This document shows, piece by piece, positions 1-9,897 of a stretch of DNA of 58,291 nt. This DNA is from Saprolegnia diclina VS20 (lineage: Eukaryota). The first letter of the stretch is position 1. Every line of letters begins with the position of its first letter. The stretch covers positions 303,838 to 362,128 of the forward strand of contig NW_008246081.1 of the NCBI RefSeq assembly GCF_000281045.1, in the 5' to 3' direction. The notes under the pieces were generated by a model. The model searched no databases. It was not told the DNA's origin and saw only the letters and a list, made by a program, of their open reading frames with translations. Made by a program: the position numbers and the translations under genes.

Positions 1-148
1 CGAGATCCAAATCGAGTGTGCAAACGCCTCGCGTTTCATTGGCGGAGACGCGGTCGCATGTCCAACGAAGTGGCTTCATTGGCTACAAAGACAGGATTTT
101 GTCCAATGATGTCACGACGTTGAAAGAGTGATTTCGCCGTTCAACTTC

Positions 149-378
149 CAAAGGGGGTGGGCTAGGCACCCCTTTTATATAGAAAAGAGACACGACACAC
201 TGTAGGCCTACCCAATGCTCGTGCGGTCCTGCACACTACATCGATAGCGGTGTATTGTTTTGACGAGATCATGCATGCGATAATGCGCTGGTACTGCGCG
301 TGGTCGACTGCTAACGTCACGTGTCGACCTCGGTGCTTTCGGTGGTAACACAAAGGGAGTGTGAAAACACCCCCTTTT
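149..378. repeat. Pair of imperfect palindromic 28-nt direct repeats (twin hairpins) 202 bp apart
   Basis: 149-176 CAAAGGGGGTGGGCTAGGCACCCCTTTT and 351-378 CAAAGGGAGTGTGAAAACACCCCCTTTT. Positions 150-159 are the exact reverse complement of 368-377. Confidence 0.7.
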
Positions 379-448
379 CGTAAACTGTCTGAAGTCTCGG
401 CTGCTTTTTTATTCTTTGACGACGAATCTTGAGAAGCGGCAATAGGCG

Positions 449-2453
449 ATGGCAGCACTCTTTGGGCCGCTGCCGTCCGTGAACCGCGACGCGTTCCGCT
501 GGATCCCGGACAAGGAGGCCGAGAAGTGCATGAACTGCAACTCCGAGTTCACAGTCTTCAACCGCAAGGTACGTGCTCGCCAGCATCCCACGCGACCTCA
601 TGCACGCGCAGCACCACTGCCGCCGCTGCGGCCACGTCGTGTGCAAGAACTGCTCACCCAACATTCGCCGCGTATCGCCACAAGACCCATTCGTACGAAG
701 CACCATCGATCGCGGTGCATTGGCTCATACGCGTGTGTCTGCGTAGCCCGTGCGCGTCTGCAACCCGTGCTACACGGCCGTCGACGAGCACTTCACATCG
801 CTCGAGTGGTCGGGCCACACGACGACCGAGGTACTGTGCCCATCCATCTTGCATGTGGCACTCATGGTCGCGTCACTGGACCTTAGGCAGAGCGCAGCCC
901 CGACCCCGTCGCGAACGGTCGCGTGCACATTGGGCAGCTGTACGTCAAGGTCGTTGAAGCCATCGGCCTTCCGTCAACCGACTCGATCGCCAACTCAATC
1001 ACAAGCGATCCGTTTGTCAAGGTCATTCTCACTGGTCGCTGGTCCCACGGACAGGTAGGACCTCGTGTTTTGCGAAATCATCTCACGACGGTCGCAGGAG
1101 TGGGGCACCGACTTGCAGTCGATTCGACTCACGAAGCGCAAGTCGCGCACGCTCAACCCGCGCTGGCACGAGACCTTTGTCTTCAACGTCTGCGCGCCGG
1201 GTGCCGAGCTCGTCCTCGAGGTCTACAACAGCGGACAACTCGGGCAGCCCACAAAGCTCGGACAGGCGGTCGTGCCGCTGAGCATCCTCATGGACCAGCG
1301 CCGGCACAACAAGTGGCTCGACTTGCTTCTGCCTCAGGGACTGTACCGCGAAGGCCTCAACAACGACGCGCGCGCGGGCCGCATTCACGTTCTGTTGCAC
1401 TACAAGTTTGCGCGCGCCGCCGAGTTTGTCTCGCATTTCGCGCCCGAGCAGCCGTACGAAGCGCCGTGGCCCGCGTTCAAGGCAGCGACGCTCTACTCGA
1501 ACTTTTGGCTGCTCCTCGACGACCTCTGGCCGTACCTCGAGGTGCTCTGGGCCATCTCGCCGACGCTCAACTGGGAGCACCCGAGCAGAACGTGCTTTTG
1601 GCTCGCCCTCGTCGTCTGGATGTGCGTCTACATACGGTGGGTGCCCGTGCTACTGCACCTCTTCCTCATCGGCCTCGTGCTGCGCAACCACTTTGACATG
1701 ACGGTCAAGATCCAGCCATCGGAAGCTCCGATCTCGTCGGTCGTGACCCCGCCCAGCTTTAACACAGCGCCGAGCCTCGAGCCGAGCAGCAGCAGCAGCA
1801 ACCTCCTCGACGGCCAAGCGCGCGTGTACAACTTGCCCCAGGGCTTTCACCACATCACGGACAAGATGACGCGCCTCACGACGGACGCCGAGACGCGGCA
1901 CACGCTGCAGAACGTCCAGAACAACATGGCGTGGTGGTCGGGCGTCATCAAGTCGATCGAGCTTTTGTTTTCGTGGGAGGACTTTTTCTACACGGGGTAT
2001 GTGCTCATCGGGCTCATCGTCAGCTGCATCTTGCACGTTGTGATCCCCAACCAGTACTTATTGCTGCTGGTCGTCCTCTGGCTCTTTGTGCGTTGGACGG
2101 TCCCGTACATCACGCTCAGCCGGTGGCTCTACGGCGTCAAGCAAGGGATTCGGTCGCTTTTGCACCAGCACCGCCTCCTCTCGATGCACGAGCAGAAGGG
2201 CCTCATGGACCGCGACTCGACCAGCAGCACCAACTCGGGCCCGCCGTCCATCAACGTCATGGACCTCAATGGGAAGAGCTCCATCAACAACGCATCGAAC
2301 CCACGCGGCCGCATCCAGAGCATCAGCCACCGCAACAAGAGCGTCTCGAAGCGAGAACTCATGATTGGCGCCGCCGCCGCCGAGCTCTCCAAGCGCATAG
2401 CGGCCGAGAGCAGCGGAGGTGGTAGCGGCAACTTTTCGTCCCTCGACGACTAA
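449..2453 (+). CDS. FYVE + C2 domain multi-pass membrane protein (MCTP/PRT_C-like C-terminus), spliced
   Basis: Exon 1 449-568, intron 569-611. Splicing rebuilds a canonical FYVE (WIPD..CMNC..FTVFNRKHHCRRCGHVVCKNCS..RVCNPC). A C2 domain follows (LYVKVVEAIGL..SDPFVKV..TKRKSRTLNPRWHETFVF), then hydrophobic hairpins with LNWEHP and LFSWED motifs as in MCTP proteins. Confidence 0.85.
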
Positions 2454-2629
2454 CGTTTTCTACTAACTTTGTAAAAACTATCTGAATCAAGTCAATCGTC
2501 GTCTCTCGTGGGACATGTTGTTTTCGCCAAGTACTGCCGTGCGCCTGTCGTGTCTTGAACGACGTGAAAATGAATTCGCGTGCAAAAATTCTGGATTCGA
2601 GTTCGTTTATGCATAGATTGATGGAGCTC

Positions 2630-4733
2630 TTAGACGCCCGTGGTTGTGAACGGGTGCATCTCGACGTCGGAGAGCGTAAAACGCTCCTCTTCCTTCTCAA
2701 CGAGGAGGTTGCGGACCAAGTGAGCGGCGTTCTCCGACATGGTGGCCGGGATCTCAACAGGGAGGATGACGTAGTCGACCTTCGACGGTGTCGGTGCGTT
2801 CGTGGCGTCGTAGCGGGGTGGGCCATGGCCGTCCATGAGCAACGTGTACAACACGATGCCGAGGCCCCAGAGATCCACCTAATCGACTGCATGAGCAAAT
2901 GAGCAACAAAAGTGACGCACGCACGGAAGTCCAGTGGGGCTTTCCTTCCAGTTTCTCAGGCGCGGAGTACAGGTTGCGGTTGTCGTTCGAGAGACGACCT
3001 CCTTTTGTGTTGCAGGCCGAGAACCCGAAGTCGGTAATTTTGACCACGTCCTATACAAGCAAAATATGAGAATGGAACAAATCAAACGCAGCCGGACGTT
3101 GTGGTCCAGAAGGATATTCTCCACACGGAGGTGGCGGTGGAGCACGCCCTTGCCGTGGATAGAGGTAAGCCCGCGCACGAGCTGGCGGATGATGCTGGCC
3201 ACGCGAAATGTCGAAAACGCGCCGTTGGACTGGAGCAGCGCGTTGAGGAGGTTGCCCTTGGCGCAGAGCTCTTGGACGATGTACACCCGGCCCTTGTGCG
3301 TGAACCAGTTGTATGCCGCCACGATGTGGGCGCACCGGATGCGGATTTGGGATTCACCCTCCCGGCGGAAGTTGATTGCTTGGCGCACGTCCTTGAGTGC
3401 GTCCAGCGGGATGGCCTTGACAGCCACGATAGTGTTGGACGGCACGTGCACCGCCGCGCGGACAACGCAGCTCTTGCCGCAGTCGAGATCCTTGACAAAT
3501 CGAAAATCTTCAAACGTCGTGGTGCTCACGAGCGTACTGAAGCCGCTCGGCCAGTCCCCCGACACACGAGCGTTGGGCAAGTTGGGAAAACCTACAATAG
3601 AGAAACATGTACACGGTCGCTACGCCAAAGCGCTGCGTACGGTCAAAGACGACGTCGGCAGGTGCCCCAAAAACCTCGTGGGCGCGCTCGCGCGAGAGCG
3701 TGCCTTGCTCGCGCACTTTGTTGTCCCAGGAAGCCGAGCCGTATGGGAAGACAGTGTCGTCGATCTAGCAGGATTCAAACGTTAATGTCGAAGGCAGCAT
3801 CGACAAAAAGGATTGTACATCGTAGCAAGCTTCGTCATTGCTGCTCTCGCCCTCGATGCTTTCGCTATCAATGCTCTCGCTCTCGCTGCTCTCGTTGGCA
3901 ACACTGTCATTGAGGCCCGCGACGACCTAGAACGAGCCCATGAAAATTTGTGAAAATGCACGCAGCGGTACCTCCAATGATCGCATGTGGGCCTCCCGCT
4001 CCAGAGCGTTCATGTCATCCGTGTCATAGCTGATGTTGAGCTTGCTCTAGTGGTTGCATTCGACAAGATGCAATGTGTTGAGTAAAAACAACCTCGCCCT
4101 CGTCGTCCTTCAACGTCTCTTGAGCAGCCTCGGGCGCTGAGATCGCGACAGCCTCCTAAACGCATGATGCAGAAAGCGCTCGCATGCATCGCGCTCGTAC
4201 CGCTCGAAGGTCTTCGTCTTGCGCGTTGATCTCGGGGAGAAACGGCGGGGCGCACTTGGACCCGACAGTGATCTACGAATCACATGATATACATACATCT
4301 CACGGGTAGACCTACGAATCTATAATAATTCAAAATGGCCTCAACGCAGCTCTTCTTGTTGGGCTTGTAGCCCAGCTTGAGGCGCTTCGCGACCGCCTTC
4401 AAGTCGGCCGCGTCGCATTGGTGCAAGGCGGCGCTGTCCATCGCCTGGTACGCCATGAACTCGGACTTCATGATGGTCGGGTCCTAACGAGGTACGTCAA
4501 AGACATGCATGCACAGGAAGGGGTCGTGTACGGAAGCGTCGGTCCGCGCGCGCTTCCCATCGCTTGGCGACGGCTTGGACTGCGGGGCGGCCCGCTTCTT
4601 GTCGTTCCCCTTCGGGTTGGGGCTGCTGTTCTCCTAGGATGCATCTCCATCGGACGTCGGTCGGGAAGGAAGCGCTTCCTACATCCATCATGGCCACCGC
4701 GCCGTCCATCACGTCGGTCGTCTTGCTGCTCAT
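2630..4733 (-). CDS. Multi-exon Aurora/CAMK-like pseudokinase with SAP-like helical and acidic N-terminal region
   Basis: Kinase subdomains VAVK, VYIVQELCAKGNL, HRHLRVENILL, KITDFG, YSAPE and DLWGLG lie across ORFs 2879-3580, 2754-3047 and 2630-2878. Upstream GT-AG exons join in frame back to the ATG at 4733 (MSSKTTDV..., DLKAVAKRLKLGYKPNKKSCVEAIL, ESSESESIDSESIE). Confidence 0.7.
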
Positions 4734-4785
4734 CGGTTCTTGGCGGCTTCTTATTTGAATGTCGAGTTCGAGCGGTCGTCGTTTC

Positions 4786-4880
4786 AGCCAATCAGCGACC
4801 GACATTCGAGTTCTCGGCCCAAGGTATCTTTGGTCCATGAAGCCAATCAGGTGCAAGGTATCTTTTTCAGTGAGCCAATC
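4786..4880. promoter_or_regulatory. Bidirectional promoter with three AGCCAATC (CCAAT) boxes and a duplicated CAAGGTATCTTT motif
   Basis: CCAAT at 4788, 4843 and 4875; CAAGGTATCTTT at 4820-4831 and 4854-4865. Lies between divergent ATGs at 4733 (-) and 5078 (+). Confidence 0.6.
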
Positions 4881-5077
4881 CCCGCTCATATAAAGTAGTG
4901 GGCTCTCTACATCCACTTGATTGTGCGAATTCAAATATAGAGGTTTTCAAGACCTCAATAACATACTAAATCAACGCTAAGTTTGATAACCAATACCTCA
5001 TCTCAAAATGGTTGTGCAGATGTATGCATTGTAAGAGGTCATGGCCTCTTGCAGAGACTGCAACCAGTGAAATCATC

Positions 5078-6266
5078 ATGCCCAAGACCAGCGCCAAGGC
5101 CGCGCTCGTCGCGGAGCTCGATGCGACGACGAGCCGGATCGCCCGGCAGTCGTACCAGAAGGAACCGCCCAGTTGGGACGACTTGGAGATGGGGCTGCGC
5201 CGAGCGGCTGCCATGGAGGCCGATGTGCGATGGATTCTGGCCAAGACGCAGTGGTGCCACCGCAGCGCCGTGCTTACAGGCGTCGCCGCCTTCGTAGCCG
5301 AGACGATCGTCGCGCTCGCAACGACTGCGTCGACTCACGAGCTCTATGCTGCGCTATGTAGCTCGCTCCTTGACCAGCTCACACGCCCCTGCTTCGAGTC
5401 ATCTACCGAGCTCGCCCGCGCCTGCAAGTGGCGTAAGGTACCCCGGTACATGGACATGCAGTGCACAACGCGCTGGAAAGCGCTCTCGCCAGCGCTCACG
5501 AAGCTCGTAGTCGCGACGCCCGATCGCTTTGCCGCATGCCTCCGCGCGACAGACTTGCAGCCTCTCTTCAACGCCCATGCGCAGTGCGCGGTCGTCGTCA
5601 TGAACGGGTTCTGCCAAGTGTACCACGGTCTTCTCGCGAACGCATCGTGCCCGAGCATGCTGTACGTGCTCGTGCGCGCCATCCTCTCGATCAACTGGAC
5701 GTCGACAAAGGAGGCTCCGTACCGAGACGACCTTCTCTGCCGCCTCTTTCGCTTCCTCCAAGAACTGCCCTTCAAGGCCGCGCCTCAGAGCCTCTTCGCA
5801 GGCCTCCAAGAAGCCATCGTCGAGAGCTTGGCCACGCCGCACGAAGGCGTCGTCCTCCTCACCAAGCTCACGTCGCTTCTCTCGGAAGACCTCATGCTCC
5901 GAATCCTTGGCGACTGCTACGACTTGACCATGGCCACCGCGTCGTTACAACCCGAAGCAGGGAATCCGTACCTGCGCTTCCTCATGGGCTTTTGTGCCCA
6001 TACGACACTCGTGCCCACGCCGACGATCGTCGCGCTTCTCGGCAACCTCTTCTCACCCGACTCGGCCTGTGCGACGCACAAGCGGCTCGCAGCTGCCTAT
6101 TACATTGCGTTGCACCGAAAGCTCGACTTGCGCCGCGAAGTCGAGCTCCAGCGCCTTCTTCTCGACGCTGGTGACGTGCACCAAGAGGTACAGGGTTCGA
6201 AACTGGTGTTGCGTCTCATTTGCTGCCATTAGATTCCCGATGAGCTCACGTCGGCGTTTTTCATAA
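5078..6266 (+). CDS. Uncharacterised leucine-rich, probably all-helical protein
   Basis: Long ORF with typical codon bias from ATG 5078 (MPKTSAKAAL). A probable terminal intron at ~6188-6232 is followed by IPDELTSAFS*. No family recognised. Confidence 0.7.
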
Positions 6267-6352
6267 CGTGCTTTCATCGTAGCCAGCGCGACATTGATCT
6301 GTGGCTCGCGCAGCACGAGATTGGCGGCGGCGACTCTGCGCCGTGGGCGTCC

Positions 6353-6991
6353 ATGATACCATTTGCGACGCTGCAGCTGCACCCGCGCGCGATCCAGACC
6401 GCGCAGCTCGCCAACGAGATCCCGTGCGTGCTTGCTGGCCCGGCGTTTGAAGCCGAGGTAGCGTATAGTCGGGAGAAGCGGCGACGCACAGCGCGCGCTT
6501 CCGTCGAAGACTGCTTGGACCCGGACGTGCTGCTGCACATCTTTGGCTTTCTTTCGCCCAAGCGCATCGCTCGGCTTTCGCTCGTGTCGCGGGCGTTTCA
6601 TCACGCGTCGAGTGACCCGAACCTGTGGCGGCGCCTGTACCAGGACCCAACGAGCTTCGTCTCGCCCGTGCTGTGTCTGCACGATGTTAGCTACGTCCAC
6701 GACTACAAGGCGCTCTTTGCTGCGCGTTATCGGCACGAACGCAGCTACAAGCGGCAGCTCCGGTACCAGCACCCCGAGAAGAAAAAAGACCTCCAGTGCT
6801 GCAACGTCTGCGACTGCCTCACGATGACAACGACCGGCGTGCGCGCTCTCGCCCATGCCAAGGACCACCAAAAGAAGCCGATCGTCTGGCGGCCATGTCC
6901 GACCTGCGGCGAGCAGTTCCCGTCAAAGAACAAGCTGCTCTTGCACAAGCGAGCCCTGCACGGCAAGACACAGCCGCCAAACCAGTCGTAA
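6353..6991 (+). CDS. F-box protein with C-terminal C2H2-type zinc fingers
   Basis: F-box LDPDVLLHIFGFLSPKRIARLSLVSRAFHHASSDPNLWRRL; fingers CNVC..HAKDH and CPTCGEQFPSKNKLLLHKRALH. Confidence 0.85.
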   Translation: MIPFATLQLHPRAIQTAQLANEIPCVLAGPAFEAEVAYSREKRRRTARASVEDCLDPDVLLHIFGFLSPKRIARLSLVSRAFHHASSDPNLWRRLYQDPTSFVSPVLCLHDVSYVHDYKALFAARYRHERSYKRQLRYQHPEKKKDLQCCNVCDCLTMTTTGVRALAHAKDHQKKPIVWRPCPTCGEQFPSKNKLLLHKRALHGKTQPPNQS

Positions 6992-7118
6992 TACAAAGAG
7001 ATTGATTATTTGCTGGCAGCCTCGCGTGCAAGTGAAACGGAAGCCACGCCAAGATGGTCAAAATGGCGGGTCGGCGACACGAAGCGTTTCTGCGTCCCAT
7101 TATAATCTCTCCCAGAGG

Positions 7119-7637
7119 ATGCCCGTGGGTCGCGTCATGGCTGGGAACGACAGCAGCCGGTCCTACATGAGTTCAAAGGAGGAGGACCCGCGCCACGAAG
7201 ACTACTCGGAGGACGAAGAGCACCACCCAAAGTCCTCGTCCCGCGAGTCCAAGTCCCGCATTGGCATCCGATGCCTCGCGACTGCGGGCCCCCGCGTGAG
7301 CGTCCGTGACCAGATCGGCGAGCTCTTTGGCCGCTGCAACAAACACGACGACGTGCTCCGAGACATTGACGCGACGCAGCGCGCCGACAAGACGCAGATT
7401 CTCGCCATGATCGAGCGCCTCGCCGAGCGCATGGACGCCGAAGTCGCGCTTGTCCGATCCGAGCACGAGAAGGCGCTCAAGGCCGCGCATGACGAGATCG
7501 ATCGGCTCAACAAGTGTCTCAACGTCCAGCGCGGCCAAGTCATGACGCTCGAAGAGCAGTGCCAATCACTGCATCGCCACGTTGTCCAAGTCGAAGAAGA
7601 CGTCCAAGTGCTTGCCACCGAGGTCTTAGGAGAGTAA
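7119..7637 (+). CDS. Small coiled-coil protein
   Basis: Heptad-rich C-terminus (EHEKALKAAHDEIDRLNKCLNVQRGQVMTLEEQCQSL). Start codon uncertain. Confidence 0.6.
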   Translation: MPVGRVMAGNDSSRSYMSSKEEDPRHEDYSEDEEHHPKSSSRESKSRIGIRCLATAGPRVSVRDQIGELFGRCNKHDDVLRDIDATQRADKTQILAMIERLAERMDAEVALVRSEHEKALKAAHDEIDRLNKCLNVQRGQVMTLEEQCQSLHRHVVQVEEDVQVLATEVLGE

Positions 7638-7680
7638 TGACCATAGTATAGTCCACGTAATTGCATACTGCGGCCGGTGT

Positions 7681-9775
7681 TCAATGGTCCTCGTCGGGCT
7701 CGTGTTCGAGTGCGCGGAGGAGAATGCGAAACGCGTCCGACGTCAGCCGCTGCTGCTGCGCGTTCGAGTCGCCGGCAAACTACAGTTTGAGGAGATTATA
7801 TACACGATCAGTTGAGGAAAGAGGGGCGTACGAGGCCACTCGAGAGCACGTCAAGCGCTCGCTTGTACGACCGCGTCGCAAAATACGACTCTTCGACGAT
7901 CGCGATAAAGATATTGAGCACAATGTAAATGAAGAGCGCGATGAACGAGTAGAGGTAGGCCTACTTCCGAGTGGCATGGACCGAGCGAAAGAGCAAAGGA
8001 CGTACGGCGCCAAGGATCGGAAAGTCGAGCTTGAGCGCATCAAAGCTGTCGAGGATGATGTCGCCGTTCATGATCGAGAAGAGCGTGATGCAGGATTGCT
8101 ACATCAAATTTTCGTGTCCAGATTCAAGCGAGACACGTCGCACCGCGAGGCCTCCAAAGCCGTCGACACGGTCGCCAAAGACGATCGACCCAAACACTGC
8201 GTAGCCGAAAAAGATGGGCGAGACGCCCGTCTACGCCGAAGACTACGAGAAAACTGGATTCGAGATCAAGACGAACCAGAAAGTAGAGCACTTTGGGAAT
8301 GCCCCAGCGCAGCGTGAGCACGATCGAGTAGAAATGCGGGTTGTGTTCGAGGTACCCGACGCACGTCGCACAGAGGAGTAGCGGGCCCTACAACAAAAAC
8401 GCTATCGCCTCGAAAGGAGAATAATGGACGGACAAGGGCCTGGACGGCGCGGTGGGGCTCACTCACGGGCACGTACGCGACAGCTTTTGAGATGTTCCAC
8501 ACCGAGTTGAGACCCACGAGCACGATCGCGAGCGCGATAAAGATGTACCTATCGACAGTTTGTGCGTGATACCTCGAGTTGTAGGCGTACTGCGTCTTGA
8601 AGAACTGGAGCTTGATCGCCAAAGGAACCTCGTGCCAGCTCTGGAGCAAATGCCGACCGCGCGCTTCGTCAGACTCGACGTGCAACGCCTCGTGGGCGAA
8701 GCGCTTCGCCTTGGCAAACCTACGGCGTGATACAATCACAAGGGTCGGACGCTACAATCCCACATGTGGATCGAGCGCCGGAGGCTCTTGATGCTCAGCA
8801 CCAAGTAGACGACGCCAATGACCAGAATGACCACGTTGAGCCAGAGATACCGGTGTCGAATGGCTTTCCAGAGGCCTTCGGTCGAGCAGATGCGCAAATG
8901 GCTTGGCTCGACAACGATGCTAGAAGAATCCGAATTGGCGAGTGACACATAGCTGCAAACTACCGAAGATGGCTTGCGTGCACCTTCTCGATCGCGACGT
9001 GCACTTGCCAGTCAAAGCAGTCAAAGTAGAGCGGGCCGTAGTCCATGTCGCGTAAGCGCAGCGTATACGTCATGCGCTGCAGCGAGTAGAAGAAGGCGGC
9101 GAAGTCACTCAGGGACGTGAGGTTCGCGAGCGGCCCCATCGAGGTCGCGGTGATATTGTAGTTGCTCTCGACGACTTGGCCGCGAATCACTTTCCGCACC
9201 GCCAGCGCAATCGGCTCGGGCACCTTGGGTGTCTCGTAGTGGTACTCGTAGTTGGCGACCGAGAGCCCGCCGATGGCAAAGTACGCATCCCGGATGTTCT
9301 GCATCGCTGCTATCGTCCCGTTGATCGTGTACAGATTCTCGGTAAAGCTACACACAGAATATGCTCTTAGCGCTCAGCGAGTACTAGACGCACCGGTATT
9401 CGTTGGGCTCGAGGAGCGTTGGGCCGCTCGGGAGGAAGAAGTAGACCCTACGACGCCCGTGAGAGTCCATGGGGCGCGGCGGATGCGCCGACCAGTTGCG
9501 GTACGAAGCGCGGATGTAGGCCGAGTTTTGCGCGTCATAAACAAAGATCTAGGATGCGCGAGATGAGCATAAGCAACGTTGGTGCATCGTGCCTGCGTCA
9601 TGGTGCAGAGCAGGAGAAGCATGTGGCAGGCGAGCTTCCATGGGAAGCGGCCATGGTAGCCCCATTTCTCCCATGGCGAGAGCAGGATGCGATGCAATTG
9701 AGGCATCTGTCCGCGCGTCGGTGCGGCGTCGGCCCGCGGGCTCGTAGGCGACGGCGCCAGAAGCGGCTCGTCCAT
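7681..9775 (-). CDS. MCOLN: Mucolipin (TRPML) cation channel, many introns
   Basis: N-terminal LSPWEKW..GRFPWKL..H motif. Pore region ITLFSIMNGDIILDSF carries the NGD filter (~8040-8090). S6 YLYSFIALFIYIVLNIFIAIVEESY lies at ~7885-7960. Confidence 0.85.
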
Positions 9776-9897
9776 CCCGTCGCGAACGTCCAGCATGCAG
9801 GCAAGATCTTGTTGAATATTTTGAAGTCCGATTATCCGGATGTGTGGGTGTTCCAGCCATTTGGTGTGTTCAGCGGTTCCGAGCACCTCGTACGACG

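Noticed and set aside
329..340. CTCGGTGCTTT resembling the 3' end of a Cas9 tracrRNA or an omegaRNA
   Set aside because: The match is too short, and there is no Cas, TnpB or Fanzor ORF or repeat-spacer array in the window.
3838..3900. (TGCTCTCGC)-like short repeats
   Set aside because: Explained by the Ser/Glu-rich coding exon of the pseudokinase gene on the minus strand.
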